Source: Octopus vulgaris
Taxonomy: Eukaryota
Direction of reading: 5' to 3'
DNA: 64,000 bases
NCBI GenBank assembly: GCA_951406725.2
Contig: OX597823.1
Location: 53,134,001 to 53,198,000, forward strand
The notes beneath the pieces were generated by a model. That model was given only the letters and a program-made list of their open reading frames with translations. It ran no database searches and was not told the DNA's origin. A program made the position numbers and the translations under genes. Numbering within the stretch: position 1 is the stretch's first letter; every line of letters starts with the position of its first letter. Shown one piece after another: positions 39,593 to 52,131 of this stretch.

Positions 39593-42500
39593 ATAAATAA
39601 ATATAAATAAATAAAATAAATAAAATAAAAATTTGGTACTCGATATACAAAAAAGGATAGAATAGTCGTGGTTGGAATAACTGGTCATATGTCACCACGA
39701 TCAGTTTTTTCTTGAAACTAAAACACCAATAATTAGTATCTATTTCAGTCTAAATTAAATATACGATCCAATGAGCTAACAAAGGAACTGCTAACGGAAC
39801 CTACTAGAAATAACAGCCAAATCGTTCACTAATCATACTATACCATCATTCGAAAACAAACGACTCGTTGGATGATATTATCCTAAATCAGCGACAGCGA
39901 TTCTATGATTTAGTTTATCAGCAGTGATACGTGATGGATTTAAAATAAAAAAAGTCTCATGCCATATCATATTACAAAGAATGTTTATCTTGAAGCATTT
40001 TTCATAAAATTAATATGCATATGTTCATGTAGGTGACACCCTAATAACAAGATTATTCAGCGAATTAATATTTCGAAACATTGGACCGAAAAGGTACGCC
40101 ATTACTTTTCTACACATACTGGTGGAATGGACTGCATTCGCCTTTGGGCATAGTTCTTAACAGTAAAAACTAGTATAATTTATAGACATCGTGAAGACAC
40201 TGTACAAAAGCGCCTCTGGTGGAATTCTTTCAGAATGCAAAGATAAGTAACTAGTCAAACCAAACTACCGGTCATTAGTGTTTTTGTAAGGCAATATGAT
40301 AATGACATGTCTAAATACAGCTTTCAATGCTTGTTTATTGTAAGCTGAATATATTATTTATAAAAGTTAGACAAAATGCTTTTATATACGATCTTATATT
40401 ATTCACCAAAAGACAACTTCTCGAGATACTTTGGATAAATTGTTGCAGATTTTCTAAGAAATAGCAGCCAAATGTCCCTAAAATAAAGCACTACCGTCTT
40501 TAAAAAAAATGTGACATTAGATAATGTAATTGTGCCAGAATATAAAGATAGGATAATCACAGCACTTAGATCTACTTGATCAAGGCAAATTTGGAGATAA
40601 ACTGTAAAGCAAAATCCAAAACTAAAAATATTTACAAAAGATCTGATATCTATTTACAACAGTTAGTTACAATGAATGAGCTTAGATTTTAGTATATGTG
40701 GAAGAAAACGAAAAGATTACTACGCTAGATTTTTCTCATAACACTTGATGTCATTGGTCAAATAATGCATAAGGTTAAATTCTATATCAAGAGCTATCCG
40801 GTTAAAAATGCGGAAAAAGTCTAATATCTTTGATGGGATACTTGGCAGGAACAGGATACGTAAATTGGGTTTTTCTTCAGACTGAGCTCTACAGGAATGG
40901 AATTATCCGAGATACAAAATAAACAATGAAGCAGTACACACGTACCTCATTCAGTCTCCTCAAATCGATCATGTGAGGTTAGTATATCGAATGATTGTTG
41001 AAGGTGTTTGAGACGGATCCGGTTGTCAACCCAGTTCATCCTGAAAATGTTCATCTACCCATCTTGTTTTTTAGGAGAGCCATGCTATCTCTGCGTGTGT
41101 GTGTGTGTGTGTGTGTTTTGATAAAGCAGAGTTTATTGTATTAATTTTTTTTTTACCCAAGTTGGCGACAAGTGAAGTCGAACCCAGAACCACATTTTAG
41201 CGAAGAAATTGTAATCACACAATGTATCTTTGTGCACTTATATCAAATAACATTATTCACATTAGTTTTAAGATCATTAGAGATGGAATCGAACCTTGAA
41301 CGTACGACCGTTTCTGCATTAAATGAAAATGTATCAATTGTTTTGTTCTTTGGTCAGTGTCATTGTCATTTGGCATTTAGCCAGCTTCTCTTCCAGCTTT
41401 CATTATAGATTGTCCCATGGAAAGACCCTTTTTGCTATTGGGTGATAGGGTAAGGCGGATACATACGTGTTATGTATCTGTCCCTTGATACCCTTTTAAT
41501 TGCCAATCACGTTTGCAGGAGTCATAAGAAATAATCGATGACCATTTTTAATTATATATTATTATTATTTTATTATTTTTGTTTTGTTTTTGTTTGTAAT
41601 TCTATGCTCTTGTAAGAAGCGTGCTTACTATAATCAACAACGAAGAAAGATATTAAGGATTATGCAATATAATTAAATGACCTTTTCTAATTAATGTTAC
41701 GTAATTGACAAATTTTCTTTAATTAACGTAATTAACGACCAAAATGTTGTACAAAAAGACGTATTGGTATTATATTACAGCTATATTGTTTAATTAGTTT
41801 CTGATATAACAGTGGTGGAAGAATAGTAGATTAATAAAACGAACACTTGACTCCGGGATAACTATTATAGTTTATGTAATACGTTATGTTAGCACAATGG
41901 TTTAAACAAAATTACTATACATAGCCTGTTAGCAACACATTTGTGTTTGTCACCGAATTGTTTTAAATAATTTCATCCCATCATAGAATCGCCAAAAACC
42001 TTCAAGATCATGAATTCTCAGCGAAGTCTCTGGACTGAGTGTCCCTGTGTGATATCTCGACCGGCTAGAACCAGCAGCCAAATTTTCCTCAAACCATAAC
42101 CTATTATCTTAAAAATGGGGTAATAGTACATTAGCCACTTAGGCTACAGTAAATAATGTACCCCAAGCTATACAAATAGCGGATGTGCGCTCTCCGCTGG
42201 AATGCCTTTCATCGTAGGACTTCCCATTCAAAGCTGACCTCGGCCTAAATAACAAGAACAATTTCATTTTAATTTTATTAAAATTCTGTGGATTATTTTA
42301 TAAAGAAAATTGCCTTTCTTACTTGGAATTATTAAGAATGGCGCGTAACAAAATCGATAAATTGCCGTAGAAAATAGCTCACGTTATTTAATTACTTCCT
42401 TATGTACCATTCAAATTCCTTGGTTTTATTTACTTGTCATCTCTAAATTACTGGCTACACCCAATGTGAGAAATCATTATATGACGTTACTGGACGCAAA

Positions 42501-42764
42501 TGATTTCGAGATCCCGATGATCAAATCACCTGAAAGTTATATTTCCTGTATTACGTTTAGAAAGCTCAGTTATATATCTAACATAGCTATGCTTAAATCC
42601 CTCTAGCTCTGATGAGCTTGTCATTTAGTTTTCCAACATATGAATGCCGTCTACTTTTGGGGTGGGATGATTTTTCAGGGTGGAGAGTTTCCACAGATTC
42701 TGTCATAAGGATACCACTAAAGACATTCCAGTACTATATAGTATATATGTTGAGCAGATAACTT

Positions 42765-43890
42765 GTTATCGTTGTCATTGATGTCAGTCTTGTCATCAAT
42801 GTCATCGTTGTCATTTTTGTCAATTCCGTCGTCGTTATCATCGTCGTCAAATTTCTATTGTTATTGTTGACATTATTGTTGCCATTGTCGTCGTTATTGT
42901 TATCGTTCTCATCATTTCCTTATCATCAATGTCATCGTTGTTGACATCACTGTCGTCGGTATCATCTTTCTTATAGATGGCGTCGCTATCATCAACTGTC
43001 ATCTTTGTCTACGATGTCAGTGTTATTGACTTTGTCGTCACTGACATTGTTGCTGACAGCGTTGTCGATATTTTTATTTGTTGTCATTTTGTCGATATTA
43101 TATTTGTTGACGTTATAGTCAATATTTTATTGTCATCGTTGTCAATGACAATATTTTATTTGTTGTTATTGTTGTCAATATCTTATTTACTGATGGCGGC
43201 GAGCTGGTAGAAACGTTAGCACGCCGGGCGAAATGCTTAGCGGTATTTCGTCTGCCGTTACGTTCTGAGTTCAAATTCCGCCGAGGTCGACTTTGCCTTT
43301 CATCCTTTCGGGGTCGATAAATTAAGTACCAGTTACGCACTGGGGTCGATGTAATCGACTTAATCCGTTTGTCCTCTCTGTGTTTAGCCCCTTGTGGGTA
43401 ATAAAGAAATAGGTATTTCGTCTGCCGCAATGGGGTCGATGTAATTGACTTAATCCGTTTGTCTGTCCTTGTTTGTCATCTCTGTGTTTAGCCCCTTGTG
43501 GGAAGTAAAGAAATAGGTATTTCGTCTGTCTTTACGTTCTGAGTTACCGAGGTCGACTTTGCCTTTCATCCTTTCGGGATCGATAAATTAAGTACCAGTT
43601 GTGCACTGTGGCCACCTACGCCCAAAATTTCGGGCCTTGTGCCTTAAGTAGAAAAGAATATCTTATTTACTCTCGTTGTTGTCAATATTTTATTTGTTGT
43701 CATCGTTATCAATATTTTAAAATGTTGACATTGTTCTCACAGCTATGATGACAACCATAGCAAAACGAATAATGGATATAATTACGATTACAACTCTAAT
43801 TGTTTTAAACGTTGTATTTTCTCATCATATCATTGCTCTTTCCTTGCTATTCTTTATTACCGTCATTGACATCATCATCATCATCATCAT
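42765..43890. repeat. Degenerate (GTT/GTC/ATC) trinucleotide low-complexity tract interrupted by a SINE
   Basis: Direct reading. Confidence 0.8.
43195..43656 (+). mobile_element. SINE family A multimer flanked by a 15-bp TSD
   Basis: aatatcttatttact at 43177-43191 and 43657-43671; one head, then body/linker repeats. Confidence 0.92.
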
Positions 43891-43905
43891 GGTTGCTATT
43901 GTTAC

Positions 43906-43966
<61 letters not shown>

Positions 43967-44774
43967 CGTGTGTTTGTGTGTGTTTGTGGTTCAAACCCTG
44001 TCAAGAACATACTCTAGCGTTTAATTTTTCCGATATTGATAAAATATATACCAGTGATGTATCAGTGCTGATTGTATCCATTATACTCCTTCTTCATATA
44101 TTTGTGAGTTTTGTATTAAAATTAAACCCATTTCTCTGCATATTTGTGTTTTTCTAGCAAGTTATTCCTCTTCCCTAAATAGATCCCTACTTTATATATT
44201 TGTAGTTATTCCCGTTCTCGAGGATTCTGTGAGCCCCACCACAGTTAGACTTTTTCCCTTTCTAGTTGTGCTCAGGTTAGATATCTTTCCTTAGATACTT
44301 GCGATATTATCCCAAAAGTGAACATCGTCCCACTTGTCTTCGAGGACTTCTACATGATCATCAAGAACACTGCCCTCCTTTTTACTAAATGATAAAAATA
44401 AAGCGTTAACTGTGAAAAGAAATCGAAGACACAGTCTAACTGTCGCATCCCTCTCCTTTTTCACTCCTACATTGGTAAAGCTTTAATAATTTTTAAGACT
44501 AAGGTAGCCGGCTGGTAGGATCGTTAGCGCACTGGACAAAATTCTTAGCAGCATTTCGGTCGTCTTTACATTCTGAGTTCAAATTCCGCTAAGGTTGAAG
44601 TAGCCTTTCATATTCTCGGAGTTGATAAAATAAGTACCAATATCCTCCCAATCCAGGGAAACTGCTAGCCTTTTGCCAAAATTTGAAATTGATAATTCTT
44701 AAGACTCTGTATATAGACCCTTATTTTCATATCAGGAAAAAGGGCATATGGCTGAATTCCATCTCAAAATAGCT

Positions 44775-45012
44775 ATTACTTTACTACCTACAAGGGGCTA
44801 AACACAGAGGGGATAAACAAGGATAGACAAACGGATTAAGTCGATTACATCGACCCCAGTGCGTAACTGGTATTAAATTTATCGCCCCCCCTCCCCCAAA
44901 GGATGAAAGGCAAAGTCGACCTCGACGGAATTTGAACTCAGAACGTAACGGCAGACGAAATACGGCTACGCATTTCGCCCAGCGTGCTAACGTTTCTGCC
45001 AGCTCGCCGCCC
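44775..45012 (-). mobile_element. SINE family A ending in the linker
   Basis: Direct repeat catctcaaaata at 44760-44771 and 45015-45026. Confidence 0.9.
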
Positions 45013-45334
45013 TTCATCTCAAAATATCACTGAGCAATATATAATGGCTGCCCCAATCAGCGGTGGATTCTAACTGTACCGATCTCACTAATCGGGGAAG
45101 GATATGAAAAGGTTATAGAACAGAGCACTCATGTTTTGATTTTTCTTACATGACATCGATTCAAGGTTACACGTCAGCGATGGAACCGGGACATATGTTT
45201 CAGTATATGACTCTCGACACCAGAAAGATAGTTCTCATTCAATCTAGGCTGGACTTCATCTCAAATACCGCACCGTATATCTTCCATCGTTCTTCAGCTG
45301 ATTCTGCCAATCTACTGTTTTCCTCAAGAGAATA

Positions 45335-45528
45335 ATGTTTCCAAATTTTGGCACATGGTTAGTAATTTTTAGAGAGGAGCCCCAGTGTTCTACTGGTACT
45401 TATTTAATCGAACCCGAAAGGATGAAAGGCAAAGTCGACCTCGGCAGAATTTGAACTCAGAATGTAAAGACGGACGAAATGCTGGTGAGTACATTGTCCG
45501 GCGCGTGAACAATTCTGCCAGCTCACTC
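45335..45528 (-). mobile_element. SINE family A
   Basis: gatgaaaggcaaagtcgacctcggcagaatttgaactcag. Confidence 0.85.
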
Positions 45529-45545
45529 TTATATGTGTGTGTGTG

Positions 45546-45702
45546 TATGACTAAGGTGTTAGAACACCTAGATTGCTACAAATAAGAGGTAAAATGCTCT
45601 AATGCCATAATTAAAGCACATATTAATTGCTTTAACTACAGCATTAGAGCTTTTAGCTCTTATTTCTACTAGCAGTGTAGGTGTTCTAACACCCTAGTCA
45701 TA
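45546..45702. mobile_element. Palindromic MITE-like element (~157 bp)
   Basis: tatgactaaggtgttagaacaccta...ttaaagca pairs with tgctttaa...taggtgttctaacaccctagtcata over almost the whole length. Confidence 0.75.
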
Positions 45703-45757
45703 TCTAGTGACGAATATGGTTTTCCCTTTGGTAAAACATTGCAAACAGTTGTCTACA

Positions 45758-45836
<79 letters not shown>

Positions 45837-45859
45837 CAAAAAATTTATTCTAACCTGAA

Positions 45860-45965
45860 CGATTACTCAAAACTTTTGGTAGAACGCAAATTCATTATTC
45901 TTTCGCAAGAATATTATTGGCAGAGAGTTAGAAGTTTCGGCCAGCGAAGTCGTCATCGGACTGTC
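45860..45965 (-). mobile_element. HH-C element copy with hammerhead-like core
   Basis: Minus strand CAGT-CCGATGA-CGACTTCGCTGGCC-GAAAC-TTCTAACT; shares flank with 21930-22040; near a (TA)n tract. Confidence 0.5.
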
Positions 45966-46021
45966 AGATGATCGCTTAGCCAGCCTAAAGTTGTTAAGGA
46001 ATAATAATAAATATATACATA

Positions 46022-46215
46022 TTCTTTTATTCTTTTATGTGTTTCAGTCATTTGACTGCAGCCATGCTGGAGTACCACCTTTAGTCGAATAAATCTACCC
46101 TAGAACTTACTCTTTGTAAGCCTAGGACTTATTCTATAGCTTTCTTTTGCCGAACCGCTAAGTTACGGTGACGTAAACACACCAGTATCGGTTGTCAAGC
46201 GACGGTGGGGGACAA

Positions 46216-46246
<31 letters not shown>

Positions 46247-46407
46247 ATTGTTTGGAGAGGACAACAAACGTTAAGATATCCGCTATATTGGAAATCCGCA
46301 ATGGCTCCATAACTACCGTCTCGGCTATCACCTTGGAGCCCTAATAATCCGTTACAGCACTTAACCTAGCGTACTCTGTCGTTTAGATCATACATTTTGA
46401 ATGTATG

Positions 46408-46465
<58 letters not shown>

Positions 46466-46617
46466 ATGGACGGCCTTCTTTCAGTTTTCGTCTACTAAAT
46501 CCAGTTGGCCCTAGGTTATAGTAGAAGACATTTACCCAAGGTACTATGCAGTGAGACTGAACCTGGAACTATGTGGTTGGGAAGCAATCTTCTTACCACA
46601 CAGCCACGCATGCGCCT
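46022..46617 (-). mobile_element. SINE family B interrupted within its microsatellite by a ~150-bp insertion
   Basis: Tail at 46022-46240, head at ~46470-46617. Confidence 0.85.
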
Positions 46618-46964
46618 ATGTGTGATACACTTGCATACATACCGACACAGAGATGCATGCACACGCATACATAAATATATATAAATAAAATGCTTTTGCA
46701 TAGCTTACACCAACCAAATTTCTTTCCCACAGCATACATCGTCAAGCCGAGGCTACACTAGTTGAAGACGACTGTCTTGCCATGGGACCAAGCCACATAC
46801 GATATGGTTAAAAGAGAACTTCGTGACTACCCAATCCAGCTTGCACCCCACCTCATACATACACACATACACACATACATACATACATACATACATACAT
46901 ACATACATGCATATATACATAAATACATACATACATACATACATACATACATACATACATACAT

Positions 46965-48125
46965 AACCTTATAACTTTATTACATGCCCAGAGAAGCCTA
47001 ACCTGATAACTTTAAATACCTGCCCAACGAAGTCGCACGACTCTACCGCAACGTTTCATCGGATGAAAGGATGAGCATATATGAGCAGAAAACTATGCAT
47101 GGATATGTTTGTAGAAAGCTCCGTGATGATGGTAACATCGATCATCAAAGCAGTTTATCATGGACCAATAGCCGAATTACCATAACCCACCATGAAGGGC
47201 ATACGTTTGCAATCCATGAACAGGAACTATCAACCAAATACCTGATGCTCAAAAGTGATAGAGATGCAGGAAAAGCAGTAAAAAGTGACAACCAATGCAG
47301 ACTTTGCGAAGTTAACACCGAAGGCATCACAAATTGATAACAGTTGTCCGAAAACGTCATCACGGTTTTATCTACCGATGAGACATGATATTGTAGCTAG
47401 GATACTATAATGAAATCTGTCGAAAGGATAACTCCGACAAAGAAATAAGAACCTACTGTAGATAGAAACCATAGCCACTCATAATAAAAGGAGTATTGGT
47501 GGAATGTCTCAGTGAAAACCACACTAAAATGTATGCACAACAGATCTGATATAATGATTTGGTATAGATAAAAGAAACTGTATACATCTACCCAACAGAT
47601 GTTAATATCCGCCCAGTGGATGTTAGCATAAACCTGAAGCTCAGACAATTGAAAATACCTACGCTGAACTATTGAGCGTAGGTATTATACTTGTAATTAT
47701 TGGGGTATTGGGATATGTAACACACTGCCTAAATACCAATCTTGAGAAATTAGGCTTCTGAAAACCAGAAAGGGGAAAGCTGATTCGAAGACTACAGTTC
47801 CAATCCATCACTAGAACTGTAAAAATCTGTAAAAACTTTCCAAAAGTTTATCATTTAAATATATGTGAGCCTGATTACATATGCAATTATATGCATGAGA
47901 ATACATACATAAAAAAAACATACAAATCTGCAGATATACAGATATACATACATACATACATACATACATACATACATACATACATACATACATACATGCA
48001 TGCATGCATGCATATATACATACCCTGTTGTTGATGTCGAAATTCCAATGAAGGAGCCTTGGATCTATGTTAGAAACTGGTTCTTTCTCTATTGGCAAGA
48101 AATCTTGAAATAAAACTGAATAGTG
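46965..48125 (+). mobile_element. R4/Dong-clade LINE, 5'-truncated 3' part (CCHC knuckle + restriction-like endonuclease), decayed
   Basis: KTMHG, AIHEQELST, CRLC..E.IT...SCP...Y..RHD.VA, EYWWN...HNR(S)DI, VIIGVLG motifs with stops and frameshifts; ORF remnant ends ~47858; probable 3' UTR ends at aataaaactgaa. Confidence 0.85.
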
Positions 48126-48372
48126 ATATACAAACATGCATACCTACATATATACATACAACTTTTATCAGTTACTTGTTTCAGTCATCAACCTGCAGCC
48201 ATGCCGGGGCACCCTTTTGAAGGATCTTTAGTCGTATGAATACACCTCAGTACATATTTTTTAAAGCTTGATACTTATTCTATCAGCTTCTTACCACACG
48301 GCTACAACTGCATTTATGAAGTATGTTTAGTGCGTACTGCTAAGTTACGGGGACGTAAACACATCAACACCG

Positions 48373-48612
48373 ATTGACAAGCGGTGGTGGAGATCAAACA
48401 CAGACACAATGACACACAAACATAATGATATACATATATACACACGCACGCACACACACACACACACACATACACACACACATATATATATATATGTATG
48501 TGTGTGTATGTGTGTGTATGTGTGTGTGTGTGTGTGTGCGTGCGTGTGTATATATGTATATCATTATGTTTGTGTGTCATTGTGTCTGTGTTTGATCTCC
48601 ACCACCGCTTGT

Positions 48613-48616
<4 letters not shown>
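48373..48616. repeat. Near-perfect 244-bp palindrome
   Basis: attgacaagcggtggtggagatcaaacacagacacaatgacacacaaacataatgat... is mirrored exactly by ...atcattatgtttgtgtgtcattgtgtctgtgtttgatctccaccaccgcttgtcaat. Confidence 0.95.
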
Positions 48617-48679
<63 letters not shown>

Positions 48680-48684
48680 TGTAT

Positions 48685-49168
48685 ATTGTTGTGACCCCCT
48701 TCGGTCATGAATGACCATGGGATTGCACCTAGAAAGTTACCCTCCGAGGCACAAGTCTAGGCAAGGTTGTTTATAGAAGACCAGCAGTCGCCCATGCATA
48801 CTGGTCAGCCCTCTCCACGCCACCGATGTTATCCAAGGCCGATACAGCTTGGCACCAGTGACGTCGCAGCTCATTTATTAACGTGCAAGTGGTTGAGCAC
48901 TCCACAGACACGTGTACCCTTAACGTTGTTCTCGGGGAGATTCAGCGTGAAACAGAGTGTGACAAGGCTTGCTCTTTGAAATACAGGTACAACAGAAACA
49001 GGAAGAAAGAGTGAGAGAAAGTTGTGGTGAAAGAGTAGAGTAGGGTTCACTACCACCCCTTGCCGGAGCCTCGTGGACCTTTAGGTGTTTTCGCTCAATA
49101 AACACAATGCTCGGTCTGGGAATCGAAACCGCGATCCGACGACCGCGAGTCCGCAGCCCTAACCACTG
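48685..49168 (-). mobile_element. SINE family C variant with an alternative 3' tail
   Basis: Head and body match 1778-2090; sequence diverges completely after gcacgttaat (~48875). Confidence 0.85.
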
Positions 49169-49833
49169 TGTATATATATATATACATACGCACACATGAC
49201 GAGCTCCTTTTAGTTTCCGTCAATCAAGTCCACCCGCAAGGCTTTGGTCGCCTCGAGGTCTAGTATAAGACACTTGCCCAAAGTGCCACACACCTGGACT
49301 GAACCCAGGACAATATGATTGGGAAGTGAACTTCTTATTACACACCTATGTCATACACACACAGTGAGTAGATGAAAGCAAAGTAAGTTTAGTATATAAA
49401 AAAAAACAGATTAGTACTGAAAGGGATGATAACTTAAACTCCAGCCTCTTCATCTAGGGCTGGTGCTTCTGCGCCGGAAGTTAGCTATAAAAGCACTCCT
49501 TACTGAATTGTTGTGGAGACAGAAAGACAGAAATACCAGTTGGTTTGCGATGTATGTTACATGGAGTTCAGAATACAGATAACAGAATAGAGGAATAAAG
49601 AAAACAGAACAGAAGAATTATGTAAAGAATTTATAAAGAATTTACAAAGATTTCACATATATTTCTGTCCTGTATTTTGTACTTCAGTCTCTCCATGTGT
49701 ATGTCTGTCTGTATGTCTGTATGTATGTAGGAATGAATGAATGAATACTCGTACGTACATATGTATCTATATATGTATGGATGTATGTATTATGAATGTA
49801 TGCATGAACGAATGTAGATAGATTGAGAGAGAA

Positions 49834-49865
<32 letters not shown>

Positions 49866-49888
49866 GGTAGGAGAGAGAGAGAGATGCA

Positions 49889-49999
49889 AGCGTGGCTGTC
49901 TGGTAAGAAGTTTACTTTCCAACCACATGCTCTCGCGTTCAGTTCGGAAACCTTTTCCAAGGCTCTGTTCGATGGAAACTGAAAGAAGCTTGTCGTAAC

Positions 50000-50050
<51 letters not shown>

Positions 50051-50275
50051 TCACATACATACATACATAGATACATACATACATGTGCGTGTGCGTGTAT
50101 GTTGTTAACTGGTGTTGGTGCGTTTACGTCCCAGCAACTCGGTGGTTCGGCAAAAACGACCGATAGAATAAACAGAATGATTAAAATGCCGGTGTCTACT
50201 CATTCGACTAAAATACTTTAAGCGGTGCTCCAGCATGGGTGCAGTGTAAAGACAGAAACAAGCAAAAGATAAAAG
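49889..50275 (+). mobile_element. SINE family B (decayed)
   Basis: gcgtggctgtctggtaagaag head; gtgctccagcatgg tail. Confidence 0.8.
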
Positions 50276-50423
50276 AAGATAAAATATATCAAAATTATCT
50301 AAATGAAAAATATTTTATAAAAACAAACCTACAGACATAAATTTATTGCAAAAATTACATAAAATGTACGTAAAAATTGCTGTAAGTTAACTTATATAAA
50401 AAAAAATGCTGCATATTTGGCAA

Positions 50424-50451
50424 CCGAGTAATGCCGGGTACCCTTGCTGGT
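50424..50451 (+). mobile_element. Degenerate Helitron 3' terminus
   Basis: ccgagtaatgccggg..ctggt resembles the CCCGAGCAACGCCGGG..CTAGT end at 15789-15816. Confidence 0.45.
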
Positions 50452-50478
50452 TTTGTTATATTATATTATACCCGCATA

Positions 50479-52098
50479 CACTGGCGAAAATAAATTTTAG
50501 ACCGATGATAAAAGTTCTATTTCTTACAAAATATTTTGTTACTAACACCATACAAAACTATTTCTATCTTTTACACCTTATGCAGAATTTATTTCTCTTT
50601 CGAATGATGCAGACAATAACTATTTTTATACAACTTGAAGAATTCTGATGCTAAATTAATATAAACGTTTCAAATTTACCGGCAAAATTAGTTTAAGACC
50701 ATGTAATATGTATGCAAATTTTTTGCCAAAATGGGTGGTCACACAACTAGCCTAACTGCACTATATAGTGTTATAATTTAACGTTATTAATAATAGGAAA
50801 ATAACGTAGCCTCAGTCCAGTCACGAGAGCAAAAATCGTATTACTCCACCAGCAAAAAGTTTCCTTTTCGAACATCAGCAAGCAACTAAAGTGCAGTAAA
50901 ATGGCTTGCGTGCAAGCGTGGAAGTTATACTCGGAGACTGGTCAATATAAAGATCGGCAAAGGACTGGCTCCCCAAGAAAAACGATGGCGCAGTTGGACC
51001 GTCGAATCCTCCGACTTTCGGAAGGCAACCGAATGCTGATAGCCGTTGACATTTGTAAACAACTGTCCAACGAGAATGGTATTATTTTTACATCACAAAC
51101 TGTCCGCAACCGTTTGGGAGTATTTGGACTACATGGACGAATCACTGGGAAAAAGCCAATAATATCCAAAAGAAATCGACTCAAACGCCTTAATTTCGCA
51201 AAAAGCCATGCTCAATGGGCTGCCGAAGATTGGTGCAGGGTCCTTTGGAGTGACGAGTCACGCTTCTGTGTATTTGGATTAGATGGTAAAACATACGTCA
51301 GACGTCACCCAGCCGAGGAATTCCATCTGAAATGCGTGAAAAAGACGGTGCAAGCGGGGGTGGGGTGTGATGGTATGGACAGCAATTAGTAGCTTTGGTG
51401 TTGGCCCTCTAGTTAAAGTTGATGGAAAACTAAATAGTGTAGGTTATATGAATTTACTAAAGGATAATGTTGTGCCATATATGACTCACCAAATGCCTCC
51501 GGGGGTTATTTACCAGCAGGACAATAGTCCTGTGTACAAAGCCAAAAAGGTTATGGAATTTTTTGATCATATAACATTGACGTAATCGAGTGGCCTCCCC
51601 AGAGCCCGGACCTGAATCCGATCGAGAACTTGTGGAATTATCTTTCCAAAAAAGTCCATGCTAAAAAAGCCATCTAATCTAAAACAATTATTCGATTATA
51701 TCAATGAAATATGGCAAAACAATCCCATAGAATTTTGTAATCACTTAGCGAATTCAATGCCGAGGCGTTGTCCTGCCGTTATTAAGAATAAAGGCTACGG
51801 CACAAAGTACTATGTATTTCGTTCTTGTTGCTCGTCTTGCTACAATGTTAAGCTTTATATAAAATTATAATGATACGGTCTTAAACTAATTTTGCCGGTA
51901 AATTTGAAACGTTTATATTAATTTAGCATTAGAATTCATCAAGTTGTACAAAAAATAGTTATTGTCTGCATCATTCGAAAGAAAAATAAATTCTACATAA
52001 AGTGTAAAAGATAGAAATAATTTGTATGGTGTTAGTAACAAAATATTTTGTAAGAAATAGAACTTTTATCATCGGTCTTAAATTTATTTTCGCCAGTG
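50479..52098 (+). mobile_element. Full-length Tc1-like (DD34E) transposon, 1620 bp, ~222-bp IR/DR TIRs, TA target duplication
   Basis: TIRs at 50479-50700 and 51877-52098; TA at 50477-78 and 52099-100; each TIR has two ~22-bp direct repeats (ctggcgaaaataaattttagacc / ccggcaaaattagtttaagacc). Confidence 0.97.
50793..51813 (+). pseudogene. Tc1 transposase pseudogene (DD34E)
   Basis: Start codon decayed to ATA and an early TAA; HTH region, [45 protein letters not shown]; three frameshifts; D codon 51520 and E codon 51624 are separated by 101 nt (34 codons minus 1 nt). Confidence 0.95.
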
Positions 52099-52131
52099 TA
52101 TACTATTACTGTCTTATCATTACAGTTCATT

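Larger units (their letters stand above)
48170..49350 (-). mobile_element. SINE family B split by an inverted duplication and a nested family C SINE
   Basis: Tail at 48170-48420, head resumes at ~49198-49350. Confidence 0.8.

Noticed and set aside
40210-40222. CTCF-like site gcgcctctggtgg
   Set aside because: One base short of the consensus spacing; expected by chance in 64 kb
49365-49695. Solo-LTR-like segment (TATAAAA, AATAAA, ends CA)
   Set aside because: No TSD or second copy to define boundaries
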